A DNA stretch of 64,000 nt from Bacteroidota bacterium (GTDB lineage Bacteria; Bacteroidota; Bacteroidia; Chitinophagales; Chitinophagaceae), in contig JAGWWM010000007.1 in assembly GCA_018970395.1 (NCBI GenBank), positions 14,839-78,838 on the forward strand. Reading direction: 5' to 3'. A program made the position numbers and the translations under genes. Numbering within the stretch: position 1 is the first letter of the stretch; the number at the start of each line of letters is the position of its first letter. Shown piece by piece: positions 49,432-59,695 of this stretch. The notes under the pieces were generated by a model, which saw only the letters and a list, made by a program, of their open reading frames with translations, was not told where the DNA came from and made no database searches.

Positions 49432-49567
49432 GCGTCATGTTGAGCGACAGCGAAACATCTCAAAAAGAACTCAAAATGCAAATGTCAAAAGCAATTAAAA
49501 CTTTTGGGTTTTGCCTTTTGAATTTTGAGTTAAACGCGAGATCCTTCGCTTACGCTAGGGATGACGC
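49432..49567. repeat. 136-bp palindromic miniature element, copy 1 (between sufD and sufS)
   Basis: Termini GCGTCATGTTGAGC...GCTAGGGATGACGC; about 88% identical to 53354-53489 by manual alignment. Confidence 0.92.
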
Positions 49568-49594
49568 TAGGAAATATCTAGCGCCGACATTGCT

Positions 49595-50902
49595 CTACAA
49601 ATCAAAATCGAGCCTCTCCGCAATAATTTCTTCCGCATACTTTCTGATCGGCTCCAGTTCAATTTTATCCAAAATCTCTCCGGCAAAGGCATACAATAAC
49701 AATGCTTTCGCTGCCTTCTCTCCTACCCCACGGGCACGCAAATAAAACAGAGCTTCTTCATCCAATCTTCCCACAGTACATCCGTGCGAACATTTCACAT
49801 CATCTGCAAAGATCTCAAGCTGCGGCTTTGTATTCACCGTAGCTTCATTACTTAACAAAACATTTTTATTACTTTGATATGCATTCGTTTTTTGAGCGTC
49901 TTGTCTTACAAAGATCTTTCCATTAAAAACTGCAGTTGCTTTTTCATCAATGATTCCCTTATACAATTCGTTACTGAATGAATTCGGCTGGACATTATCT
50001 ACGATCGTGTGATTATCAATATGCGTTTCCCCTTTTACACAATATAAACCATACATGTGACTCTCACATCCCGGTGCCTCTAAAATGAAATTCAAATTAT
50101 TGCGAATCATACCGCCGTTCAAAGTCAGCGTGACAGAATTCACTTTACTTACCCCAATCTGACGGATATGTGTTGTTTTCACACAATTGCTATGACTATC
50201 CTCATTCTGGATTTTATAAATATGCAACTGCGCGTTATCCTCCACAACGATTTCAGCAATACGATTGATGAATGAATCGTCAGTGCCTAATGTAATTTCT
50301 TCCTCCACAAAAAACACTTCTGCATTTGCACCAACATGAATGAGGGTACGTGGCTGCGACAAAATCTTTGCACTTCTGGCATCGTTAATGTAATAGCAGT
50401 AAACCGGATTGCTGAGCTTTTTATTTTTCTTTACTGAAATAAATAAGCCCTCATAAGCAAGAACATTGTTCATTGCATTAATACCGTCCTTATGGTATTG
50501 AGCACTATGACCCAGATGCTTATCAACGATAGCCTTATAGTCGGTTTTTACGGCCTCGCTCAACGTCAGAATATCCAGTTCATCTTTTGGTGAGAGGATT
50601 TTGGATAATTCAGCATGATATACGCCATTCACGAATACGAGTTCATTGGCTGATTCGTATCCCGGCAATCTCACTACGTCCACATCCGTTTTTGAAACTC
50701 CCGTTTTCTCTACCGCATAGTGATAATTTTTATTAAGCACGCTAGCTATTCTGGTGTACTTCCACTCCTCATGCTTCACCGTTGGAATCCCTTCCTGCTC
50801 CAAAACCTGCAAACCGGTTTTAAGCAATGCCTGAAGACTACCGTTACCCGAGAAAGGGGTTGCTTCAATCTTATTTTTAATGAGTTCTTTTACGTCTGAC
50901 AT
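49595..50902 (-). CDS. sufD: Fe-S assembly protein SufD
   Basis: EEWKYT, FNGKIFV, TNAYQ, KPQLEIFADDVKCSHG, FYLRARG. Confidence 0.96.
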   Translation of the reverse strand: MSDVKELIKNKIEATPFSGNGSLQALLKTGLQVLEQEGIPTVKHEEWKYTRIASVLNKNYHYAVEKTGVSKTDVDVVRLPGYESANELVFVNGVYHAELSKILSPKDELDILTLSEAVKTDYKAIVDKHLGHSAQYHKDGINAMNNVLAYEGLFISVKKNKKLSNPVYCYYINDARSAKILSQPRTLIHVGANAEVFFVEEEITLGTDDSFINRIAEIVVEDNAQLHIYKIQNEDSHSNCVKTTHIRQIGVSKVNSVTLTLNGGMIRNNLNFILEAPGCESHMYGLYCVKGETHIDNHTIVDNVQPNSFSNELYKGIIDEKATAVFNGKIFVRQDAQKTNAYQSNKNVLLSNEATVNTKPQLEIFADDVKCSHGCTVGRLDEEALFYLRARGVGEKAAKALLLYAFAGEILDKIELEPIRKYAEEIIAERLDFDL

Positions 50903-50913
50903 GGATTAATATT

Positions 50914-51678
50914 TTATGCTTCTACACTTTCGCCTAATTCTTCTTTAATAAAATCATATCCTTTTTCTTCCAACTCGAGCGCCAATTCTTTCCCTCCGCT
51001 CTTCACGATTTTGCCTTTGTATAATACGTGCACATAGTCAGGAACGATATAATCCAGTAAACGCTGATAGTGTGTAATCACTAGAAAAGAACGATTGCCG
51101 TCGCGAAGTTTATTCACTCCTTCTGCAACAATTCTCAATGCATCAATATCCAGTCCGCTGTCTGTCTCATCAAGAATGGCCAGAGAGGGTTCCAGCATAG
51201 CCATCTGAAAGATTTCATTTCTCTTTTTCTCTCCGCCACTGAATCCTTCGTTTAGAGAACGAGTGAGTAAAGACTGATCAATCTCGACCAGTTTCATTTT
51301 CTCTTTCATTTTCTTCAAAAACTCAACAGCATCCATTGGATCTTGTCCTTTGTACTTACGCACTTCATTCACCGCTGTTTTGATAAAGTTGGTGGTGCTT
51401 ACACCTGGAATCTCTATAGGATACTGAAAGGCAAGAAACAATCCTTCTCTAGAACGATCTTCAGGAGATAATTCCAGCAAATCTTTTCCATTAAACTCCA
51501 CTTCACCGCCGGTTACTTCATAATCTGAACGACCGGCTAATACCGATGCCAAAGTTGATTTACCACTACCATTCGGACCCATAATGGCATGGACCTCGCC
51601 TGGTTTAATATCCAGATTGATTCCTTTCAGAATTTCCTTTTCTTCAATCCTTGCTTGTAGATTTTTAATTGATAACAT
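50914..51678 (-). CDS. sufC: Fe-S assembly ATPase SufC
   Basis: [36 protein letters not shown]. Confidence 0.98.
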   Translation of the reverse strand: MLSIKNLQARIEEKEILKGINLDIKPGEVHAIMGPNGSGKSTLASVLAGRSDYEVTGGEVEFNGKDLLELSPEDRSREGLFLAFQYPIEIPGVSTTNFIKTAVNEVRKYKGQDPMDAVEFLKKMKEKMKLVEIDQSLLTRSLNEGFSGGEKKRNEIFQMAMLEPSLAILDETDSGLDIDALRIVAEGVNKLRDGNRSFLVITHYQRLLDYIVPDYVHVLYKGKIVKSGGKELALELEEKGYDFIKEELGESVEA

Positions 51679-51696
51679 AATTTTAATTTAAGTATT

Positions 51697-51774
51697 CTTT
51701 GTGTCTTCGTGACTTTGTGTCTCTGTGTTTAAGTTTTTTTACCACAGAGGCTCAGAGACTCAGGGGCGCGGAGT
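51697..51774. repeat. Octamer-periodic inverted arrays (4+4 units), locus 2, between sufB and sufC
   Basis: ctttgtgt cttcgtga ctttgtgt ctctgtgt | cacagagg ctcagaga ctcagggg cgcggagt. Confidence 0.85.
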
Positions 51775-51779
51775 TAATT

Positions 51780-53225
51780 TTACCCAACGCTTCCTTCTAA
51801 AGATATCGCCAACAACTTCTGCGCTTCCACGGCGAATTCCATTGGCAACTGATTCATTACCTCTTTAGCAAAACCATTGATGATTAATGCCACAGCGGTT
51901 TCCGTATCCAGTCCTCTTTGATTACAATAAAAAATCTGATCTTCTCCGATTTTGGAAGTCGTTGCTTCATGTTCTACCTGCGCCGTATTATTTTTTACTT
52001 CGATATAAGGGAATGTGTGTGCTCCGCATTTATCTCCCAGCAACAAACTATCACACTGCGAAAAGTTGCGCGCGTTGACCGCATTCGGAGCTACTTTAAC
52101 CAACCCTCTATATGAGTTGTGGCTGAATCCGGCAGAGATACCTTTTGATACGATTCGACTCTTGGTGTTTTTACCGAGGTGAATCATTTTCGTTCCGGTA
52201 TCCGCTTGTTGATGATTATTCGTAACCGCCACGCTGTAGAATTCTCCTACACTATTATCCCCTTTTAAAATTACAGATGGATATTTCCAGGTAACTGCGC
52301 TTCCTGTTTCCACCTGTGTCCAGGAGATTTTGGAATTTATGCCTGAGCAGATCCCACGCTTCGTAACAAAATTGTAAATACCACCCTTCCCTTCTTTATC
52401 ACCGGGATACCAATTTTGAACAGTAGAATATTTTACTTCCGCATTATCCAATGCAACGATCTCTACTACCGCCGCATGCAACTGATTTTCATCGCGCTGA
52501 GGAGCTGTGCATCCTTCGAGATAACTCACGTAAGAACCTTCTTCCGCTACAATCAGCGTTCTTTCAAACTGTCCAGTACCCGCCGCATTGATACGGAAAT
52601 AAGTACTCAGTTCCATCGGACATTTAACACCTTTAGGGATATAGCAGAAACTTCCGTCGCTGAAAACTGCACTGTTCAAAGCAGAATAAAAATTATCTGT
52701 TACTGGCACCACTGACCCTAACCATTTTTTAATCAGTTCCGGATGCTCCTGAATTGCTTCACTCATGCTGCAGAAAATGATACCCATTTCTGCCAGCTGG
52801 GTTTTGAAGGTCGTCGCTACTGATACGGAATCAATCACTGCATCCACCGCCACTCCACTTAAACGTTTTTGCTCATCTAAAGAGATCCCTAATTTTTCAA
52901 AAGTGGCTCTTAATTCGGGGTCCACTTCATCCAGACTGTTTAACACCTTCTTCTGCTTGGGCGCACTATAATATTTAATCGCCTGAAAATCCACATCCGG
53001 ATAGGAAACATTAGACCAACGGGGAACTTCCATTTTCTGCCATTGACGAAATGCTTTCAATCGCCATTCCAGCATCCACTCTGGTTCATTTTTTTTGGCA
53101 CTGATAAATCTTACAATATCCTCACTCAAACCCGGAGGAGCTTCATCTGCCTCAATGTTAGTCACCCAGCCGTATTTGTACTCGCTTAACGCGGTCTGCT
53201 CGAGGGTGGTCAACATTTCACTCAT
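51780..53225 (-). CDS. sufB: Fe-S assembly protein SufB
   Basis: [41 protein letters not shown]. Confidence 0.98.
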   Translation of the reverse strand: MSEMLTTLEQTALSEYKYGWVTNIEADEAPPGLSEDIVRFISAKKNEPEWMLEWRLKAFRQWQKMEVPRWSNVSYPDVDFQAIKYYSAPKQKKVLNSLDEVDPELRATFEKLGISLDEQKRLSGVAVDAVIDSVSVATTFKTQLAEMGIIFCSMSEAIQEHPELIKKWLGSVVPVTDNFYSALNSAVFSDGSFCYIPKGVKCPMELSTYFRINAAGTGQFERTLIVAEEGSYVSYLEGCTAPQRDENQLHAAVVEIVALDNAEVKYSTVQNWYPGDKEGKGGIYNFVTKRGICSGINSKISWTQVETGSAVTWKYPSVILKGDNSVGEFYSVAVTNNHQQADTGTKMIHLGKNTKSRIVSKGISAGFSHNSYRGLVKVAPNAVNARNFSQCDSLLLGDKCGAHTFPYIEVKNNTAQVEHEATTSKIGEDQIFYCNQRGLDTETAVALIINGFAKEVMNQLPMEFAVEAQKLLAISLEGSVG

Positions 53226-53277
53226 ACGAATTATGTTTAATTATTTAATGATTTATATTATACAAGAAACACTTTTG

Positions 53278-53285
53278 CAAAGGTA
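53278..53285 (-). promoter_or_regulatory. -7 promoter of the suf operon
   Basis: TACCTTTG 52 nt upstream of the sufB ATG. Confidence 0.7.
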
Positions 53286-53290
53286 ATGTC

Positions 53291-53312
53291 ATTTATACAA
53301 AAAAGTATAAAT
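53291..53312. promoter_or_regulatory. Perfect palindrome, candidate Rrf2 operator
   Basis: ATTTATAC-AAAAAA-GTATAAAT, inside the promoter spacer. Confidence 0.5.
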
Positions 53313-53353
53313 AAAGTTTTAAAAGAGTAAAAATTCCTGTGAAGAACTACATA

Positions 53354-53489
53354 GCGTCATGTTGAGCGAAAGCGAAACATCTCAAAAAGAACTAAAAAGT
53401 CAAATGTCAAAAGCAATTAAAAATTTTGGGGTTAGCCTTTTGAATTTTGACTTAAATGCGAGATCCTTCGCAATAGCTCAGGATGACGG
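53354..53489. repeat. 136-bp palindromic miniature element, copy 2 (between gltD and the suf promoter)
   Basis: Termini GCGTCATGTTGAGC...GCTCAGGATGACG; same orientation and length as copy 1. Confidence 0.92.
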
Positions 53490-53518
53490 CACTGAAGTGT
53501 TTGGATCCTTAAATGAAA

Positions 53519-55024
53519 TCACCCTACTCTTTGTAAAATACTGGCATCCTTAGACTCCAGAACGGAAGTGCCCTGTAAAAAGGCATCCACCGAGCGGGCG
53601 CATTCGCGACCTTCGGAGATGGCCCATACCACCAGACTCTGTCCGCGGCGCATATCTCCACAGGTGAAAATCTTATTGATATTGGTCTGATAATTTTGTT
53701 CTGTTGCTTTCACATTGCCCCTTTCATCCAACTCCACTCCCAATTCCTGCAATAATCCATCAAACTGAGGATGTACAAAGCCCATCGCCAGTAAGGCCAA
53801 TTCACAGGGAATCTCTCTTTCACTGCCGGCACGCTCCACAAATTTGGATGGGCGACCCTCTGTACCTATCTCCCATTCCAGATCCACAATGCGCAAAGCT
53901 TTCAAATTTCCCTTTTCATCTCCAATGAATGCCTTTGTTGCCACCGCCCATTTCCTGTCCGCCCCTTCCTCATGTGAACTAGAGGTTTTCAAAGTCATAG
54001 GATATGTAGGCCAGGGCATGAAGTTGGTTCGATTCTCGGGTGGCTTCGGTAATAATTCAAACTGCGTTACACTCTTCGCACCATGCCGATTGGAAGTACC
54101 CACGCAATCACTACCTGTATCACCGCCGCCAATCACAACCACATTCTTTCCTGTAGCTAAAATCTCATTCAACCAAACATTGCTTTCTATTTTTCCATTT
54201 TCCCAGGGATTGGCTCCATCCACACGCTTGTTTTGTTGCTTTAAGAAATGCATGGCATAATGTACTCCGTTAAAATCTCTCCCCGGAATATCCAGATTGC
54301 GCGGAACAGTTGAACCTCCAGCAAGTACAACAGCATGAAAATCTCTCAGTATATCATCAATACTTACATTGACTCCCACATTAGCAAGACATTGAAACGT
54401 AATCCCCTCTGCTTTCATTAATTCTATTCTTCTATCCACCACCCACTTCTCCAATTTAAAATCAGGAATCCCATACCGCAACAAACCTCCCGGCTTCTCA
54501 TCTCTTTCAAAAACTGTCACCTGATGACCTGCATAATTTAATTGAACGGCCGCAGCTAATCCCGCAGGACCACTGCCTATCACCGCTGCTTTTTTACCCG
54601 TACGGAGATTGGGTTTCTTCGCTTTTACAAATCCTTTTTCAAACGCAATTTCAATAATGTGCTTTTCAATTTCCTCTATTGCTACCGGTGGTTGGTTGAT
54701 GCCTAATACACAAGCACTCTCACAAGGAGCCGGACAAATCCTTCCGGTAAATTCAGGGAAGTTGTTGGTAGAAGAAAGAATCTCGTAAGCTTCCTGCCAC
54801 TCTTTTCTGTACACCGCGTCGTTGAATTCAGGAATGATATTGCCAAGCGGACAACCACTATGACAAAAAGGAACACCACAATTCATGCAACGCGCCGATT
54901 GCTTATTCAAATCCTCGTCTGAATATTTTTGCACGAATTCTTTATAGTCCTTTACTCTTTCTTCTACTGCTCTCTTTTCAGGAAGATTTCTTGTAAATTC
55001 TAAAAATCCACTTGGTTTGCCCAT
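53519..55024 (-). CDS. gltD: Glutamate synthase small subunit
   Basis: CMNCGVPFCHSGCP, GSGPAGLAAA, GGGDTGSDC, GDMRRGQSLVVWAI. Confidence 0.97.
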   Translation of the reverse strand: MGKPSGFLEFTRNLPEKRAVEERVKDYKEFVQKYSDEDLNKQSARCMNCGVPFCHSGCPLGNIIPEFNDAVYRKEWQEAYEILSSTNNFPEFTGRICPAPCESACVLGINQPPVAIEEIEKHIIEIAFEKGFVKAKKPNLRTGKKAAVIGSGPAGLAAAVQLNYAGHQVTVFERDEKPGGLLRYGIPDFKLEKWVVDRRIELMKAEGITFQCLANVGVNVSIDDILRDFHAVVLAGGSTVPRNLDIPGRDFNGVHYAMHFLKQQNKRVDGANPWENGKIESNVWLNEILATGKNVVVIGGGDTGSDCVGTSNRHGAKSVTQFELLPKPPENRTNFMPWPTYPMTLKTSSSHEEGADRKWAVATKAFIGDEKGNLKALRIVDLEWEIGTEGRPSKFVERAGSEREIPCELALLAMGFVHPQFDGLLQELGVELDERGNVKATEQNYQTNINKIFTCGDMRRGQSLVVWAISEGRECARSVDAFLQGTSVLESKDASILQRVG

Positions 55025-55063
55025 ACAATTGAATTTATCACGTTAGAACTAAATGAATCTGAA

Positions 55064-58000
55064 TTAAACTTTTTGTTTTACACCCGATGATTTTTGCTGC
55101 AATACTTTCTTGTAATCTCTCGGAAATACTTTGACGAAATATTTCAACTGATTTTCAAAATCATCCAAGAGGAAACGAGCCACTGAACTACCGGTGTAGT
55201 GGAAATGATTTTCGATCAGCTTACGCAATTCATCCGTATCCTGATCTTCCACCGGATCAAGATCCACCATCTCCTTATTACAATTCTCAGGAAATATGCC
55301 TTTGATATCATACACATACGCTATCCCACCACTCATGCCGGCCGCAAAATTTCTTCCGGTATCACCTAATATGACCGCTCTTCCACCGGTCATGTATTCA
55401 CAACCATGGTCTCCTACGCCTTCTACTACTACGGTTGCGCCGCTATTGCGTACCGCAAAACGCTCGCCTGCTTTCCCTCTGATATAGCCGCTTCCGCTCG
55501 TTGCACCATAAAATGCTACATTGCCGATGATGATATTATTCTCAGGAACGAAAGATGCTTTTTTATCAGGATATACAATGAGCTTCGCGCCACTCAATCC
55601 TTTCCCGAAATAATCATTCGCATCTCCTTCGAGTTCAAGGGTCACTCCTTGTGTATTAAAAGCACCAAAACTTTGTCCGGCCGTTCCTTTAAATTTATAA
55701 TGAATCGTATCCTCCGAAAGTCCATCGCCCCTATAAATCTTAGTAATCTCGTTCGATAACATGGTCCCTACTGTACGATCAGTATTTTTTATCGGAAACT
55801 CAGCTGCAACTTTTTGTTTTTTCTCCAATGCTGGTTTAGCATGCTCTATCAACTGCCAGTCGAGCACCTCACTTAATCCATGATCCTGTACTTCTGAACA
55901 ATATAATGTTTCGTTATAACCGGAAGGCTCTTTGTATAAAAGCGGAGAAAGATCCAGCTTACTATACTTCCAGTGATCAATGACTTCACGCAGCTGCAGT
56001 GCATCCACACGACCTACCATTTCATCAACGGTTCTGAAACCAAGCGACGCCATGATTTCTCTTAATTCCTGCACCATGAAGCGGAAAAAATTCACCACAT
56101 GATCCGCATCACCGGTGAACCGTTTTCTTAATTCAGGATCTTGTGTAGCAACACCCACCGGACAAGTATTCAGATGACATTTGCGCATCATAATACATCC
56201 TTCTACAACCAGCGCCGCTGTTGCGACACCCCACTCTTCCGCACCCAGCAATGCAGCAATGGCAATATCTCTTCCCGTTTTCATTTGTCCATCTGCCTGT
56301 ACCACTACACGACTTCTCAATTTATTTTTCACCAATGTTTGATGCGCTTCCGCCAATCCTAATTCCCAGGGTAAACCGGCATGACGAATAGACGAAATCG
56401 GAGAAGCACCGGTACCACCATCATGTCCGCTGATCAACACCACATCTGCTTTCGCTTTGGTTACACCTGCAGCAATCGTACCTACTCCTGCCTTACTCAC
56501 CAGTTTCACATTGATGCGTGCTGCTCGATTGGCATTCTTCAAATCAAATATTAATTGTGCAAGATCTTCAATAGAATAGATATCATGATGCGGCGGCGGA
56601 GAAATCAATCCAACGCCCGGTGTCGCATGTCGCACTTTACCGATCCAGTCATCTACTTTATGTCCGGGTAATTGTCCACCCTCCCCAGGCTTCGCTCCCT
56701 GTGCCATTTTAATTTGCAACTCATCTGCTTCAGTTAGATACAAACTCGTCACTCCAAAACGTGCACTTGCTACTTGTTTAATCGCACTGCGCATGCTATC
56801 GCCGTTCTCCAATTGCTTGAAACGGATTTCATCTTCGCCTCCTTCACCTGTATTACTTTTGCCACCCAAACGATTCATTGCTATCGCAAGTGTGGTATGC
56901 GCCTCCCAAGAGATAGATCCGAAACTCATTGCGCCGGTAGCAAAACGTCGAAATATATTTTCAGCCGGCTCTACTTCATCAATTGGAATAGAAGGAAGAA
57001 TACGTTTGAAATCGAGCATACTGCGCAGCGTGCAGGCTTTCTCACTTTGCTCGTTGACTGCCTTAGAATATTTTTTAAACGTATTATAATCATTCATTCT
57101 TGTTGAATACTGCAAGAGATGAATGGTGGTTGGATTGAATAAATGGACTTCCCCTTTTCGCTTCCACTGATAGACGCCACCCACAGGCAAACGATTGACA
57201 GGAATTTCTTTTCTGCTGAAGGCGAAATAATGTTTCGCCAATGCTTCTTTCGCAATCTCTTCCAATCCTATACCTTGTATGCGACTGGTAGCTCCGGTGA
57301 AATACATATCCACCACTTCTTTATTGATACCGAGTATCTCGAAAATTTGGGCACCCTGATAAGACTGCAAAGTAGAGATTCCCATTTTCGAGAATACTTT
57401 CAGTAATCCATCATTGACTGATTTGATATAATTGTAGCGAAGTTGTTCCCATGTAAGATCGGTTACCAATGTACCATTCGCTTTCATATTGCGAATAGTT
57501 GCCATGGCGAGATAAGGATTGATAGCGGTTGCACCAAATGCGAGCAGACAAGCGAAATGATGCACTTCCCATACATCTCCTGCTTCTACCACAATACCTA
57601 CCTGTCCGCGCAATCCTTTTCTGATAAGATGATGATGCACAGCTGCAGTAGCCAACAGTGAGGGAATTGCAGCATGATCACTATCCACCGCACGATCGCA
57701 AAGAATCAACACTTCAAACCCATCGTGCACCGCATCTTCCGCATAACGACACAAACGATCCAACCCTCTCTTCAATGAATCCGGCTTTCCATCGGCTCTG
57801 AAATAAGTCTGTAATGTTTTTGCCTGGAAAATTCCCGTATCAATACTTCTGATTTTTTCGAGCTCTTTACTTGTCAGCACCGGTTGTTTCAATGCTACCG
57901 TATGACAATGTTGAGGTTCTTCTACCAGCAAGTTTCCATTATTACCCACGAAAGTTGCCAGACTCATCACCATTCTTTCTCTGATCGGATCAATCGGCGG

Positions 58001-59581
58001 ATTGGTTACCTGCGCAAACAATTGTTTGAAGTAAGAAGATAAATGTTGGGGTTCATCACTCAACACCGCCAATGGAATATCTGTTCCCATCGAACCCACC
58101 GGCTCTTTCCCATCGAGCGCCATCGGTTTGATAATCGTTTCAATATCTTCTGTGGAATAACCAAAAGCTTTTTGATATTTCAGCACCGATGCATCAGAGA
58201 GATGAGAGAAAGTAACACGAGGCTCTTCCAGTTCTTCCAATCTGATTTTATATTGATTCAACCAATCTCCATAAGGCTTGCGCGAACAGATATCATTTTT
58301 CAATTCTTCATCGCTGATGATGCGTCCCTGCTCCATATCCACCACAAACATTTTACCCGGTTGTAATCTACCCTTTTCTTTTACAATCGCCTGATCTACC
58401 GGTAAAGCACCTGTCTCAGATGCCATAATCACACGATCATCCGTAGTTACACAATAACGCGATGGACGGAGACCGTTTCTGTCGAGTGTGGCACCAATGA
58501 TTTTACCATCGGTAAAACTAATGGAAGCCGGACCATCCCATGGCTCCATGATAGAGGCATGATATTCATAGAATGCTTTCTTCACCGGATCCATCAGATC
58601 GTTTCCATCCCATGCTTCAGGAATCAGCATCATCATCACATGCGGCAAACTTCTTCCTGTGAGTGTAAGCAACTCCACCATATTATCCAGACAAGCCGAA
58701 TCTGATTGTCCGCCAGGTACGATGGGCAGAATCATATCCATCTCCTCTTTCGTGAAATAAGGAGAAGTAAATCCTTGTTCACCCGTCTTCAGCCAGTTGA
58801 GGTTTCCCTGTAGCGTATTGATCTCACCGTTATGCGCAATGAAACGAAAAGGTTGTGCTAGTTTCCAGGAAGGGAAGGTATTCGTTGCGAAGCGACTGTG
58901 CACCAATCCGAAGGCGCTTACCACTCTTTTATTATTCAGATCCGGGAAATAAGGACGAACCTGATTACTGGTCAGTTGTCCTTTATACACAACAGTTTTG
59001 TAAGAAAGAGAAGTGATATAGAAACCAATCTCATCTTTCTTCACCGTACTGTTAATGAGATGCGTTGCATGATTACGCAGCACGAAAAGTTTTCTTTCAA
59101 AAACATTAGGATCGTTGATATGATCAGGGCATGCAATGAAAACATGTTCCATTTCCGGTTCAACACTTAATGCCGTAGGGCCAATGCCTTCCGGATTGAC
59201 CGGCACTTTACGATACGTGAGAATTTCCAGTCCCAGTTTCTCGGCTGTCCGATTAAAGATGGAACGACATTCTTCACGCAAACGAATTTCTCTTGGGAAA
59301 AAGATCACTCCTACACCGTATTTTCCAAAGGAAGGAAGATGTACGCCGAGTTTGAGACATTCTTCAAAGAAGAATTCATGGGGCGTTTGAATCATGATCC
59401 CTGCACCATCACCTGTGTTATTTTCGCAACCACAAGCCCCGCGGTGCTCCATGTTTTCCAGGATCGTTAACGCATCTGAAATGTTCTGATGGGATTTATT
59501 GCCTTTTATGCTCGCTACAAAACCGATACCGCACGCATCGCGTTCAAAGGAAGCATCGTACAAACCAAGATTGCCTGCCAT
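55064..59581 (-). CDS. gltB: Glutamate synthase large subunit
   Basis: DACGIGF, HNGEIN, EPWDGPA, AQGAKPGEGGQLPG, CHLNTCPVGVATQ. Start may be 59593. Confidence 0.98.
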   Translation of the reverse strand: MAGNLGLYDASFERDACGIGFVASIKGNKSHQNISDALTILENMEHRGACGCENNTGDGAGIMIQTPHEFFFEECLKLGVHLPSFGKYGVGVIFFPREIRLREECRSIFNRTAEKLGLEILTYRKVPVNPEGIGPTALSVEPEMEHVFIACPDHINDPNVFERKLFVLRNHATHLINSTVKKDEIGFYITSLSYKTVVYKGQLTSNQVRPYFPDLNNKRVVSAFGLVHSRFATNTFPSWKLAQPFRFIAHNGEINTLQGNLNWLKTGEQGFTSPYFTKEEMDMILPIVPGGQSDSACLDNMVELLTLTGRSLPHVMMMLIPEAWDGNDLMDPVKKAFYEYHASIMEPWDGPASISFTDGKIIGATLDRNGLRPSRYCVTTDDRVIMASETGALPVDQAIVKEKGRLQPGKMFVVDMEQGRIISDEELKNDICSRKPYGDWLNQYKIRLEELEEPRVTFSHLSDASVLKYQKAFGYSTEDIETIIKPMALDGKEPVGSMGTDIPLAVLSDEPQHLSSYFKQLFAQVTNPPIDPIRERMVMSLATFVGNNGNLLVEEPQHCHTVALKQPVLTSKELEKIRSIDTGIFQAKTLQTYFRADGKPDSLKRGLDRLCRYAEDAVHDGFEVLILCDRAVDSDHAAIPSLLATAAVHHHLIRKGLRGQVGIVVEAGDVWEVHHFACLLAFGATAINPYLAMATIRNMKANGTLVTDLTWEQLRYNYIKSVNDGLLKVFSKMGISTLQSYQGAQIFEILGINKEVVDMYFTGATSRIQGIGLEEIAKEALAKHYFAFSRKEIPVNRLPVGGVYQWKRKGEVHLFNPTTIHLLQYSTRMNDYNTFKKYSKAVNEQSEKACTLRSMLDFKRILPSIPIDEVEPAENIFRRFATGAMSFGSISWEAHTTLAIAMNRLGGKSNTGEGGEDEIRFKQLENGDSMRSAIKQVASARFGVTSLYLTEADELQIKMAQGAKPGEGGQLPGHKVDDWIGKVRHATPGVGLISPPPHHDIYSIEDLAQLIFDLKNANRAARINVKLVSKAGVGTIAAGVTKAKADVVLISGHDGGTGASPISSIRHAGLPWELGLAEAHQTLVKNKLRSRVVVQADGQMKTGRDIAIAALLGAEEWGVATAALVVEGCIMMRKCHLNTCPVGVATQDPELRKRFTGDADHVVNFFRFMVQELREIMASLGFRTVDEMVGRVDALQLREVIDHWKYSKLDLSPLLYKEPSGYNETLYCSEVQDHGLSEVLDWQLIEHAKPALEKKQKVAAEFPIKNTDRTVGTMLSNEITKIYRGDGLSEDTIHYKFKGTAGQSFGAFNTQGVTLELEGDANDYFGKGLSGAKLIVYPDKKASFVPENNIIIGNVAFYGATSGSGYIRGKAGERFAVRNSGATVVVEGVGDHGCEYMTGGRAVILGDTGRNFAAGMSGGIAYVYDIKGIFPENCNKEMVDLDPVEDQDTDELRKLIENHFHYTGSSVARFLLDDFENQLKYFVKVFPRDYKKVLQQKSSGVKQKV

Positions 59582-59695
59582 AATCGTAATCAATTTAAGT
59601 TTACACTACCTACGCTAAATAGTTTCTGTACAAGCAATCGGTTTAAAATTACAACAGGAATTCACTAACAGGTGTTTATTGTGGGGATTCTTACG

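Noticed and set aside
49437-49745. Paralogous ORFs MLS(D/E)SETSQKELK at 49437 and 53359
   Set aside because: The similarity ends exactly at the 136-bp element boundary, and the remainder is antisense to sufD or gltD. These are by-products of the repeat.
53231-53241. TTATGTTTAAT resembling a XerD arm (dif site)
   Set aside because: There is no matching XerC arm at the 6-bp spacing, and it lies in the sufB leader.
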